Part shown: in pieces, positions 25,701 to 36,672 of the stretch
How the letters are laid out: each line of letters begins with the position of its first letter
How positions within the stretch are numbered: the first letter of the stretch is position 1
Assembly (NCBI GenBank): GCA_000934665.2
Contig: JYFJ02003886.1
Coordinates: 1 to 36,672 of the forward strand
Reading direction: 5' to 3'
From: Catajapyx aquilonaris
Taxonomy: Eukaryota
DNA: 36,672 bases
Made by a program: the position numbers and the translations under genes
The notes under the pieces: generated by a model
What the model was told of the DNA's origin: nothing
Databases searched by the model: none
The model's input: the letters and a program-made list of their open reading frames with translations, nothing else

Positions 25701-27059
25701 AGATTAGAAAACAGCAGCTGCCACCTACATCTTTCTGAACACCAGTCGTGTTCTGGGCGAGTTGGAGAGGATGGGTTTAAAAAAAAAAAAAAATGTTGGC
25801 CTATACACCTTGACATTAGCGCGACTTGGGAACAAGCACCCTTCGTCAGGTCGTGAATAATCCCAACCCACGTACGCACTTCCACTGGATATTTTTTTGT
25901 CGTTCCTGGACATTAAGCAGTCGTGGCGATGACTCAAGTCAACTGCAACGGTCCTTTTTGTCATCATTACGACGAGCTGCTGACGCAAGTGCAGTGCCGG
26001 ACACTAGGTACAGCTGAGCACTGTCCTATGGTGCAGGCTACTCTCGGAATAGACAATTACGAGTCGCTATTACCAGATGCAAAGCTCATTCTAGAAACTT
26101 CTTCGTCCACAACGTGCAGGTACACTCGACACTTGTGGAGAGTTCTGTCAAGTTAGGAAGCTGAAATATATTTATAATTCCGCTTCAAATAATTTTACCT
26201 AGACCTACAATAACGCCAGGTGTAACCAACAAACATTCACTAAAAATTCAGGAATGTCCATCATGTCTAATGTTCAGAACCAATGTTCAGTGAGTGTCAA
26301 GTCTTCTTCACAGAAAAGAGCACATAGCCCCTGATGCAGGTTATCCTGCTCTACCTGATGGTAATAAAATCTAAATTTACATTTTCATTTACACTCTTAT
26401 TATACAGAGTACTTTAGTTACAACACCTCATCTAACAAGGCAATTTATAACGCTACGCAAAACATAGAGCCAATGTGCAAAATAAATGCAAAATAAAATG
26501 ATAAAGGTAAAAAAAAACACATTTCAAAGAAGGACATAAGAAATGAAGGTAAAAAAGTAGCACATAGAAACCAAGGAAAGTTTATTTTGTAATTGATATT
26601 CCAGAAAAACAGCATGCAAAATAAAGAAAAGAAAAAAGGGCATGGTAAAAATGCACACTAGGAAGCACAAGCAAGGACGGAGAAAGAAAAATAAACAGAA
26701 ACCAAGTAAACCTCTTTTGCACATTTTGATTTCAATATTTACTGTTACATGCGACGTAACGTTATATATAATTTAACCAGTTCGTTGCAACTCCCTTGAA
26801 AAATACCTGGCACAATTTACAAGACTCAAAGACACTTGAAAAAATCCTAGGCATGCAAGCAAGGTCAGAGGGTTTGTAAGTTACAACTGTCCAACATGAC
26901 TGATAACAAGACCCGAAAGCAGTGCATGACTATGCCTGCAGGGGTCACAAGGGCTGCGTCATGAGTATGGTTTTGGAAAGCCCTCCTTCCTATTTGGCAC
27001 TAGCTCTTTTCAAGAAGAGAGCACCTCCTTCAGTACTAATAGTGGGCCATCTTATCCTT

Positions 27060-27430
27060 CCCCCTCAACTCTACCCACCCACTCTGCACACCACCCCCAC
27101 CCTTCCGCTTTGTTCAGCTGCCCATCTAAAATTAGTCCAGTTGGGGGCCTCTGAAGCCATCTGATCCTCACCCCCACCCAACCACCCCCTTCCCCGTGAT
27201 GTCACATCTTTGCTATGCACCAAACTCTCCGGAAGGCACTATTTTCAAAGACGAATAAATATAGGCTGCGGGGGGGAGGCAGGCAACGTGGGGGTTGGTG
27301 GGGAAGTGGGAGACTGTGTGGGTGGAGGAGTCAGGGGTAGCCTATGTGCAAAATTCTCTCCGACTTACACCAGTTCAAGCTTGCACTGGTAAACAGCTGT
27401 TTTATAACACGCTCCTCTGCTTCCTATTTT
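27060..27430. promoter_or_regulatory. Candidate muscle cis-regulatory module upstream of projectin
   Basis: MEF2 consensus CTAAAATTAG at 27126-27135; E-boxes CAGCTG at 27115 and 27394; several CACCC boxes; a C-rich tract followed by a G-rich tract. Confidence 0.35.
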
Positions 27431-30076
27431 AAGGCAGCCATGTAGGTCATACAATGACTAAAGAATCAGAGACCCCAAATATCATGTATATTGGCTGCGC
27501 TTAACCCTTGAATTTAAACTTTTTTGCTTTAAAATTCATGGCTCATTCTTGTACCACATTTTACCTTGCCAATAAAATTAATTTTGCAAGGTCTGTCTTC
27601 GTGTCCAGTAAACCTTCATGGCAGCATCCAACATGCTTGTATATATCTTCTTGCAAGGCATGCAAATAATGCTAAAGACCGTACCTTTTTGAAAGGAGAT
27701 GCCAGCAAGGGGCTTGGGCGTCGGGAAATAGCAATGGCAGAAGCAACTGTACTAGGTGCTTTGGATGGCTCCCAAGGTGATTTGCAGATGGGAAGAGTGC
27801 CCTCTACTTGCAACCTATGTGCAGTCCTGCTCTGAAAGAAATTGCCCACCGATGACTTCCTTTGATTTCTTGAAGCACACATAAACAAATCACTAACTTG
27901 CAAGACATGTACTACAACAGAACATACATTTATATTTAAGAACCACTTTGATATGCACCTTTAAAACCTTCCAATGTGCATAAATGGGTCAGGAGGCCAG
28001 CACACAACCAAATCCTAATGCAAAATGAACTTAAGGGCAATATCACACACTCCTTTATATACACCATTCACGTGCAGCTTATCTGATGACAGCTGCATTT
28101 GTGTCATGAGGACAGCAAAAAAGGTAGCCAAAAAAACTACTGTTTCACAATTCAATTACTTTGCCAGGACGTGTTGATAGGGTAACTGCGATTCACAAAC
28201 TTTATTTCAAAACTATGGTCATCCACCTCCTTGGCACAGCGAATTATTTTCATACCTCAGGTGTGCGGACCACGACATCCTTGTCAACACATTTTTATCC
28301 GCACAAGCTGTTTCCCCTTTAGCAAGTGCTAGGGGAGCAGTTACATGTTCCAAGCAAGTTAATATCTATGTGAAGTTTCGTTGAACCTATGTCAAGCAAT
28401 CCCTCCAATACATTTCAAAAACAGGTTCTTGAATTTAAGCACTGTTTCACTGCTTCATTTTAAAAAAAAAATTACAATTGCAACAAATCCTCAGGGCAAC
28501 ATACATCCCTAACATTAGACCATTCCAGTTAATACAGTCTAAATGACCAGCACAGATATATCATTTCCTCAGGTCAAGCATTTTAAGAGAAAAAAACACC
28601 AATCCCTCTAAAATAATACATTCAACTAATTTCATTTGTATCTAAGAAAGGCACAAGATAGTGCATGCAAAATGCAACTGCTAAAAATACATTTAAATGG
28701 TTGATTTAATGCTGCAAATCAAACCCGTTTTAAAAATTGTCACTTAAGAATGCGTATATAAAAAGAACCCATTTCATACACTGACAGTATCTTGCCAGTT
28801 CTGGTGGGGCCCATCACATTATTCAGTCCATTTCTAGTAGCCTACTCGTTAACTCAATGCTATACTTTTCAGTCCTGAAATAAACTGGTTGGCTGTCAAG
28901 ATCCTTCTCATGAATCATAAGCTGAGATATAATGCACCCCTATTTTCACTCACCATGCAGGTCCTGTGCATGACTATGTCTCACATTCAGAAAATACTGA
29001 GGAAATAGCCACATACTAGTTACTAGTACAATGGTGGACACCAGTTTTCCAAAATCGTTAGGTTGAAGTTGGTTTTAGGTGGTTACAGATCACTTTCAAA
29101 TTGCGTTGGGCAGGAAATGTGTTGCAATCTAGGCAGTTTGCCCCGTAGCTCCGAAGGTTGTACTTGTATCCATAATAATCTCGCCTCATTCATGCTCAAC
29201 CTTTTCAGACTGACTTGTGAGATACAAAATGTACGGTGCATAGAAAGGTGCTATGTTGTTAGAACAAATGGAGGACTATTACATTTATTCATGAAATCTA
29301 CACCCTTACAGGAGGTCATGAAATGCTTGACCTGCAGAGAGCTTATTAGAAGTTTTTCTTTGTACTAGTAAATTCTTTTAAACTTTTCATGTGCATGAAT
29401 GTAAATGGCAACCTTGCAAAGTTGTTCATCAGCCCTATTATATTACTGCACTTTAATCAATAACTATAGGTACTAATGCGCCAATGTTAAACAGTGTTAC
29501 ATTTTACCTCATTTTCTCAAAAATGTATATTTTAAATTTCAATTTAATTTTATACACAAAATGTACACATCATGATATTTTTTAAGCCAAGAACCAGGAC
29601 AGCCTATATGGCTGCTAAAAAATTGATTTTCAAAATCCATATTAGTGTACATTATTGGGCTAATCCACATGTAAGAGTATCACTTTAAAATTTTATTTAC
29701 CCAGACTCCTTGGCTTCTGATGCAGTAATTTTGTACAAAAGAGTGTGTGATAGGATTGTAACACTTGTCAAATCCTATGTCAATCTAACCATGTGTACAG
29801 TAAACATATAAGTCATTTCATATTAACCCCAGAATGCACATCTGGATTATGTAACATTTTGCTTATTATACTGTCTTATATAACTATATGTTAACTTCTG
29901 GATTCAGAAGGATGATACCTTGGCAAAAAGGTATCTAGAATAACTTAGATGTGTCCAAAATCCATCTGGTTCATTCACTCCCTGGCTTACCCAATTCCCA
30001 AGTCGTACGGATTTCCTTCGGGTGTCCGCAACATGTGACCCTTCCTGTTAGGAATTGAGTTAGGAATGCCATAGTC

Positions 30077-30294
30077 CAGGGGTGTCCTAACCCCTGCTCG
30101 CGAGCCGCATTTGGCTCTTTGACATTACATCTGCAGCTCTCGGGTATATGCTGACTGGGCTTATTCCTTAATAAAACTGCTTTATTCATAAAAACGTATG
30201 TGTAATTCTGTAATATTTGTTCATGTCACATGGTTCTTCAGTGTCCAAAGTTTATCGCATTTGGCTCTTACGCTGAGGAAGTTTGCCACTCCCG
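30077..30294. mobile_element. hAT (Buster/Charlie-type) MITE
   Basis: Termini CAGGGGTG...CACTCCCG; 8-bp TSD CCATAGTC/TCATAGTC with central TA; CGCATTTGGCTCTT occurs near both ends. Confidence 0.8.
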
Positions 30295-31065
30295 TCATAG
30301 TCTACCAGCACCAAAAGGTCCTAATTCTCAAGCATTTCACACATTTCTCTTTCATTGGACATTTATTAGCATAGAATGACTTTGTTTCAGGTAGAAGAGA
30401 ACTTCCCAACCATAAAGGCTGAACTGAGACAACAGTTTGCCTTTTCCCTATAATTTACATTTGGGACACATTTTAATTTGGTAAATTTAAAGCCTTACAA
30501 TCCAAAAAAATCCATGTTTCCTAACACCAATCAATTTTATTTCATGGCAGTAACCAGGAAAATTGAACTTGAGACACAAGTGCACAAGTTACTACAGGAG
30601 TTACAAGAGGCTCAGGGAGCATGAGCTGCAGAAAGCATGCTTTGCTGCACTTCATCAAAGGTACAGTGGCAACAAATTGCTTTCGCCAACTTGCTACTTT
30701 TCTTCCTCCTCCTCCTCCCTATCATCTGGTATAGTATTTTTGTAACTGTTCACACTTCATCCAAAAGCATTGCCAGTGAGATACTGGTAAGAATAAGAAC
30801 ATGTTTGACTTTCATAACAGTAACTGACTACACTTGCATAAGTAAGGATCACTGCCCAGCTGCCACTACTTTATGTAGCTCAGGAGCTTTTGTTTATGTT
30901 CCTCAACTGCCACTTTCACAGACCAGGAATCCTCATGGGAAGGTCTCCATGTCAATTTATGATGCTAAGAAGTCTTCAATCATGAATTCTGGAAGCGGGA
31001 TATCTGGGGTGGGGGAATCTCACCTTCAGGTGTTGCTTACATGTCACTGAAAACATTGTAGACTA

Positions 31066-31377
31066 CTGTCGACCCTCTGTATCTACAGGGGGTTGGTTCC
31101 GGAACCTTCCAGGGATTCTCAAGTACATGGTGTAGTATACACATACAGTATAACCAACACAAATTCTCCCACATGCTTTAAATCATCTCTTGATCACTTA
31201 AAATACTCTACCTAAAACAATGTACATAAATAGTTGTTATACTGTATTGCAGTGCTAGGCATCTCACAAATTCAGGTTTTGCTTTTTGAAAATCAATTTT
31301 TTTTTTCCACCACAAATATATTCAATCATCAGTTGGTTGAATCCATGTGCAAACTCGTGGATAAGGAGGATCGACAG
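31066..31377. mobile_element. MER2-like Tigger/pogo MITE
   Basis: TA TSD; TIRs CTGTCGACCCTCTGTATCTAC / GTGGATAAGGAGGATCGACAG; internal CTTTAAATCATCTCT, TAAATAGTTGTTATACTGTATTG and GTTGGTTGAATCCA blocks as in MER2. Confidence 0.85.
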
Positions 31378-31919
31378 TACCTGATGGCACACTTAACCTA
31401 TCAAGCCATGTGAGAAAGTGTGGAACTATGAAGGATCCCGGGAAATTCATGTCACTAGTCAGTTATCCAACCACAGAGCATTGGGCTGCAAGCCACTAGG
31501 GTTACTGGGCTTCCAGAGTTTACACAAAATATGACAATTAGAAAGTTACAATGACTACATGACGATATCACATTAGCACACTGGATATGTAAGACTAAAA
31601 GAACCAATTGCAATCAATGCAGGATTCAGAAAGATGCAATTTGGCCTCAGCCTCACTGCATCATCCACCCACATGTGACAAACCCATTTCCTAATGCAGC
31701 CAACAGTCAGAAGAAAATAATTTAAGCCAAGTGGCCATATGCACCCGTACACTGCTAGTCAGTCCCAGACCCCAGCCTAACGAGGACAAGTCTACATGTG
31801 GCCCTGTCAAGAAAAGTCATACGCTAATCTGTGAAAAAACAACATTCACCAAGGCAATTGAAGTGGCTTGTCACTTCATCATGGGAAATGGAACACCTTA
31901 CTTGATCATGACAAATGCT

Positions 31920-31925
31920 TTTATT
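31920..31925 (-). terminator. Candidate KIN17 polyadenylation signal AATAAA
   Basis: First AATAAA I noticed on the minus strand, about 195 nt after the stop codon. Confidence 0.5.
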
Positions 31926-32118
31926 TCACAAATGATGGAGAATAAGATAACTTGACTCTTTAAAAAAATATTACTAACCTCCCAATCCCACGGACCACCA
32001 GCTGAAGATCTGTTCGCCAGAAAGTGTAACAGAGAGTCTATACCTATTTCATAACTCTCTTGGAAAATATCAGAATGTTTTTCTCTTTGTACATGTTCTG
32101 TAACGCACTCCTCACAGG

Positions 32119-32190
32119 TTAACTTGCAATGTATATTTTGCTGACATCTTCATATGCTATTCCTTCCACTGTTCTCCCCATTAGGAGGCC
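32119..32190 (-). CDS. KIN: KIN17 terminal coding exon (GLLMGRTVEGIAYEDVSKIYIAS*)
   Basis: Acceptor TTTCAG|; matches the KIN17 C-terminus (G.L.GR.VEGI.YED.SK); TAA stop at 32121-32119. Confidence 0.95.
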   Translation of the reverse strand, partial: GLLMGRTVEGIAYEDVSKIYIAS

Positions 32191-32270
32191 CTGAAATCAA
32201 CCATTGATATCATTAATTATTATCACCACTGAAAATGGACACCAGTGTTGACATATGGAAGTAAACTCAC

Positions 32271-32371
32271 TGAGTCTATTTTGATGGTAACACTAAAATT
32301 CTTCTCATCCAGAGCTGTAAGTAAGGCATGACATCCCCTGTAAGCTCCATTCACGACTTGAATCGGACGAT
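32271..32371 (-). CDS. KIN: KIN17 exon (DRPIQVVNGAYRGCHALLTALDEKNFSVTIKIDS)
   Basis: Acceptor TTGCAG|, donor |GTGAGT; 101 nt, phase 1 in and phase 0 out; KOW-like NGxYRG motif. Confidence 0.95.
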
Positions 32372-32455
32372 CTGCAATAAAAGACCTGTTAGGATCACAT
32401 GTGATGTCAACAAAACAATCAGCCAGCTGTACTAAATTTCAGCTGAGTACTTTAC

Positions 32456-32624
32456 CAATTGCAGGTATGACTGTTTCCAAGTGACTTTGGTCCAGCTTCA
32501 GTTTGTGCCCTGTGTCTAGCATCACCACAACTGCTAAGTACTTGTCCAGCACTTCTTTAATGTATCCTTTTTGCTTGTAGTACTTATCACCTAGGCCCTT
32601 GGTTACCACTTTCACCACAATTCC
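32456..32624 (-). CDS. KIN: KIN17 exon (GIVVKVVTKGLGDKYYKQKGYIKEVLDKYLAVVVMLDTGHKLKLDQSHLETVIPAI)
   Basis: Matches the KIN17 C-terminal SH3-like/KOW region (human IVKIITKKLGEKY..KEVIDKY..KLKLDQTHLETVIPA). Acceptor TTTTAG|, donor G|GTAAAG; 169 nt. Confidence 0.95.
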
Positions 32625-32823
32625 CTAAAAGTAGAAAATTTATCAAGAATTGTCAAGCATACTATGTGGTAACAGATCTCACAAAGTGTCTCACATGACC
32701 TCTCACAAGAAAAGTTCATAAAGTGGTACTCTCATATTTTCTTCAAACTTGTAAACTTGAATATAAGGTTTAAAACATCGGATGAGGGGGTCAGATTTCA
32801 AAATTTTACCTGCACAATATGTA

Positions 32824-33062
32824 TAGAGTGCGTTTCAAGTATTCGGACCCATTTAATTATCACAAATTTTTCCAAAAGTTGTTATTTTGGTGCACCTTTT
32901 TGCACTCCGAGTGAGGAACCCAATTATGTAGCACCTGCTATATTCAACTGCACCTGGGAATATTTGTGCTCCTCACTTGGAATGCAAAAAGGTACACAAA
33001 AGCTAACAACTTCAGGCAAAATTTGCAAAAACTAAAAGGACTTGAACTTCTGGAACATTGTA
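32824..33062. mobile_element. Degenerate Tc1/mariner-like foldback MITE in a KIN17 intron
   Basis: About 60-bp imperfect inverted arms (AAGTTGTTA..GTGCACCTTTTTGCACTCCGAGTGAGGA versus TCCTCACTTGGAATGCAAAAAGGTACAC..TAACAACTT). Boundaries are approximate. Confidence 0.6.
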
Positions 33063-34228
33063 TGTTCATTGACATTCTTCACATATCTGGAGTGTGAATT
33101 GTGTACATAATTTTGCTTTCTGTACATGGTAAACTTATGGATCTACACTCCATTAAATGAAAGAAAACGACCTGACGTTCAGCCCTGCCTCCCCCCGTCT
33201 CTTCCTTCCTCTCATGTCCCCAAATCGCCCTGCAAGCATACTACTGCACATGCTCAGAAAACACGGCTGGAGTTTAACAGACTTTACCTATGTAATTTTG
33301 TACTTTAAAAATTCACCTTATTTTATTTAATGGAATAAAGGCTTTCGATTTACTCTGAGGGAATTTCTTAAATCAATTAATATTTCATATGTATTCGCAC
33401 ACTATGTTTACACTGAAAAAATGCTGAGTTGCCAGGTCAGTGTCATTTTCTTCAAATATGTATTACACACTTCTGGTGTCAATCGTGACTGGCTACCCAA
33501 TGCCAAAAAAACCCACGCAGGCCAAGACTTATGTTAGGCAAACTCTACCCTACACATTTTCTGTTGAATGTCACCCAATTTGTCAACCATTCAAGTGATA
33601 AAAGCAAAGTATAAATAAAGTCAGTGACAAGACCTTTGTGGCATGGTTTGGCAAAGTAATATTTACTACTGGGAAAAGACCAAAAAACTGACCCCTTTAA
33701 CCTTTACCTTGAAGTGCTTCGGGCACGACCTTTCCGACTTAAGGTGAATGAACAGAATGACACTATCTCTCCATCTATTCTGCGTGTATTTTTAATTGTG
33801 AAGCATGAGAGTTCTTCCTTGCATAATAAATCAGAGATCATGAGGAGTGCCTTTTCTTCACATCAGAAGGATACTGTACAGTACATAGTGGGCCCCTCAA
33901 AAATATTTACTTCTTTCAGTGATTCATGTTATTACCTTATTTAAGGTTTTGAATGGGCACAATGCCCATACTACTACTACTCTCCAACACCTATGAGAGC
34001 AAAGGGCAATAAACAAAGGGTCCATACAGTTCCCATGCTAAATCTTCACGTTACTAGTATATCAGACTCAATGGGGACAGCAAAAATTCTAGGGAATATG
34101 AATCTATAGCTGGTCTAGGGAAGTTTGGTTTAAAAAAATTCATTTCCCTAGCTAATGGGTACCTTGAAAATTTTGGCCAAAAGTTCACATTATGTCCAAT
34201 ATGTTCTTTTAGGATTCCAAGAAAACTA

Positions 34229-34629
34229 CGAGGGTCAGTCGGAGAGTAAATGATTACAATCGCAGTTTAGACTGGAAAACTGAGTCGTACAGTTTATTGG
34301 GAGAACAGTAACTTTACCAAATTCCAGAGAACTGAACGCGTATTGTTCCTAGTGCCTGTGAACCAAGTTCGGCCAAGTCATCTCACTTAGATTATACCCT
34401 TGAAGAAAGGCTTGGCACCCACCACAATCTCACAACTTTGTACGGCGGAGTAGAAAAGGCTTGGCGCACAGACAATATCTCACAGGTTTTTTCGGCAGAC
34501 GACTTGGCGTGTTTTTTACGAGTGCGTTTTTGAGGGGGATTTATTATTCAGGACATTTAATTGTGTAATTTTTTTCTTAAATTATGTGCATTTGCTGTTC
34601 AGGTTTATCGAAATGGGTATCATTTAGGG
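34229..34629 (+). mobile_element. Possible mariner-like element left end
   Basis: Begins TA CGAGGGTCAGTC, typical of mariner termini; it abuts the hAT end at 34630. No matching right end seen. Confidence 0.35.
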
Positions 34630-34845
34630 CAGTGGTTCCCAACCTTTCTGAAGTCACATTCCCCTTTTATAATAGCCAAGTAACCTGCGACACTCCCCAC
34701 ACACACACACATTTGCATAAAAAATGCATTTTTATATGGTAAAAAAACAACAAATATTTTCATAACATAATTATTACCTAATATTGTAGGGACGATAGTC
34801 CCTATAAGTAAGATCCTCGTGCATAAACAACAATGAAAATTTTCC

Positions 34846-34868
34846 TTGTTGTTGTTGTTGTTGTTGTT
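34846..34868 (+). repeat. (TTG)n microsatellite
   Basis: Direct reading. Confidence 0.9.
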
Positions 34869-35331
34869 CAGAGGACGTTTTTCTGTCAAGCATATCACAA
34901 AACCCGTTGCAAGTACAGCCTTCATATTTTGAACACGTATCCGGCCCGACGTGCTGCAGTGCCCGATCCCCTACACAAAAAACCCAAGGACGTAATAGAA
35001 CCCCGAAATAAAATTATAAGTGAATAATTCATTATGAGCAGCAATGCGTGCAACTGGAATCCACGTGTGGCAATAGTCACACATGATTTAGAATATTATT
35101 TTGTGTAAATATCATCTCTACACTTTATGCGGAATTACGTACGCTAACTGCTTAAATAAATATATGCTTTAACTTATTTTCATTACATTATTATTAAATA
35201 AACATTCCATTCATTCAACTTGTTATATATTTCATTCAGTTTCCACGGTATCGTCCTTAGGCGTCAACAGTTGAGTGACTCGATTATGACTGTTGTTGCC
35301 AAATATTATTGAATTTGTTTTAGATACGATA

Positions 35332-35793
35332 GGCGTATTCGGCAATTCAGATTTTTCTGAGATGCGTCACGTGATATCTGAGTTGTTAGCCCTGCCCCTC
35401 AGAAGATTATTGCCGAACGGCCGAACAGAGAGACCCCCCTACCCGCCTGTGCTGCATCCCAGTGATATGCCAATGTTCGGGTATTTCGGTGCCGTGTTTC
35501 GGACGCTTGCGGGTAATGGTGCGGGTAAAATGAAAATGCGGGTAAAATCGGGTATTTTCAGGTCCTCTCGCGGGGTTTTGGGGCATTTTGCATTGGCAAC
35601 ACTGCTGCATCCATAACAATAATTTGTTTGTTAATTGTTTCTCAGCAAGTAAGTCAGGTCAGGAGTACACTAAGTTCCTGAGCTTGGGAAGTCAGGTAGG
35701 GCGCATGCGCACTTACTTCAGGGGGCGTGGCACCTGATTTGCCGAACATCCAAACTGCCCAGGAAGTCAGATTTCTGAATTGCCGAATACGCC
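35332..35793. mobile_element. Non-autonomous TIR element flanked by TA
   Basis: Perfect TIR GGCGTATTCGGCAATTCAGA / TCTGAATTGCCGAATACGCC with TA on both sides. Superfamily unresolved. Confidence 0.8.
35460..35604. mobile_element. hAT MITE nested in the 35332-35793 element
   Basis: TIR CAGTGATATGCCAATG / CATTGGCAACACTG; perfect 8-bp TSD CTGCATCC (35452-35459 and 35605-35612); repeated CGGGTA motifs. Confidence 0.88.
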
Positions 35794-36672
35794 TAATAAC
35801 TCTATCATGTTCGTATGAATTCCATTCGATCTTCGTGTCATCAGTCCTCCTGCACCCTTCACTGAACTACTTAAACTATCTTGATTTTGGTAAGTTAATG
35901 CATTTGTAATTCACGCAGGCTTCGTAAACCCCTGCGGTTCGTCCTTGCCGGTATACGTAGCCCAACCAGTATAAGACTTTGTTGTTGCCCTCTTTCTCCT
36001 CCCGCTGATTCGAACGACAACCACTTACCACATAGGCATATGACCCCCGTATGATATAATTATGACTTTAGTGTTATTCTCACTCCCAATAACCGATTTT
36101 CTTCCCTTTCTCTCACCATCATGTACCAGGATGGTGAGAGAGGCCATGATCTTATTTCTTGTCCCTGCAAGTATTTTGAGGAGACTTGTGTCCACATGGG
36201 AAAGTGATTGAGTGAGCATGGGTATAGGACCCGAACAACGCGACCACCTCCACGTGGTGGGTCCTGGGTACAGCCGGGTAGGGAATAATCACTTCTAACC
36301 ACCTCATACATTTGAGAACTTAGACAGATGTCATGAAGAAGGGACTTGTGATAATGAAATTTGGTCGGAAAGAAATTAACCAAGCAACCAACTATAAGCA
36401 GCCATCTTTCACAAGATAAAACTAATAGTCAGAAATCATCTCTCTCCTCTCAACTGTGTACGAACCTTAACCCCTTCCAAAAAAATCTTTCAGACGCCCA
36501 AGAGGTAAGGATCCGCTCCTCTCTCTGTACCAGGACAATTATTCCCACCATGCCTTTTCTAGGTCCAGAACTTACATGACAAAAGTCGTTGAGACTCTCA
36601 ACACTTCCTGACAATCCTGCCTGCCACCTCAACATCTCCATAAACTCTATCTCCACTCTCCTCTCAACTGTG

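Larger units (their letters stand above)
34630..35950 (+). mobile_element. Truncated non-autonomous hAT element (right boundary uncertain)
   Basis: CAGTGGTTCCCAACCTTT terminus preceded by ATTTAGGG (nnnTAnnn target). No right TIR in the window. Confidence 0.5.

Noticed and set aside
30536..31046. Possible extra KIN17 terminal exon (TTTTCAG acceptor to AATAAA) and the plus-strand 137-aa ORF
   Set aside because: No recognisable protein and no supported donor partner; the signals are generic.
1..36672. CRISPR array, operon or other prokaryotic or viral system
   Set aside because: There is no regular repeat-spacer array and no long ORF; the window has spliced eukaryotic gene structure.

Overview
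Eukaryotic, most likely arthropod (insect-like), genomic DNA with two spliced genes on the minus strand and many short transposable elements in between. (1) The 5' end of the giant muscle protein gene projectin/twitchin (Drosophila bent, C. elegans unc-22 family). Five coding exons join in frame with canonical GT-AG splice sites: 16399-16087, a 22-nt microexon at 14538-14517 that the ORF track misses, 6879-6717, 2249-2108 and 1130-995. They encode Ig1, Ig2 and the first half of Ig3, and the gene continues off the left edge. (2) The last three coding exons of KIN17 (32624-32456, 32371-32271, 32190-32119), also absent from the ORF track; its upstream exons were not found in the window. The best new observation is a probable internal promoter and alternative first exon in the projectin intron (about 12700-12325). 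It encodes M-P-P-A-K and splices in frame to Ig2, predicting an isoform without Ig1. Other notable items are a CpG-rich domain flanked by CpG-depleted domains, a recently inserted V-domain tRNA SINE, a MER2-like MITE, an RTE-derived short element and nested DNA transposons. I found no prokaryotic-type system (CRISPR, operon). Family assignments come from recognising sequences from memory, not from database searches.
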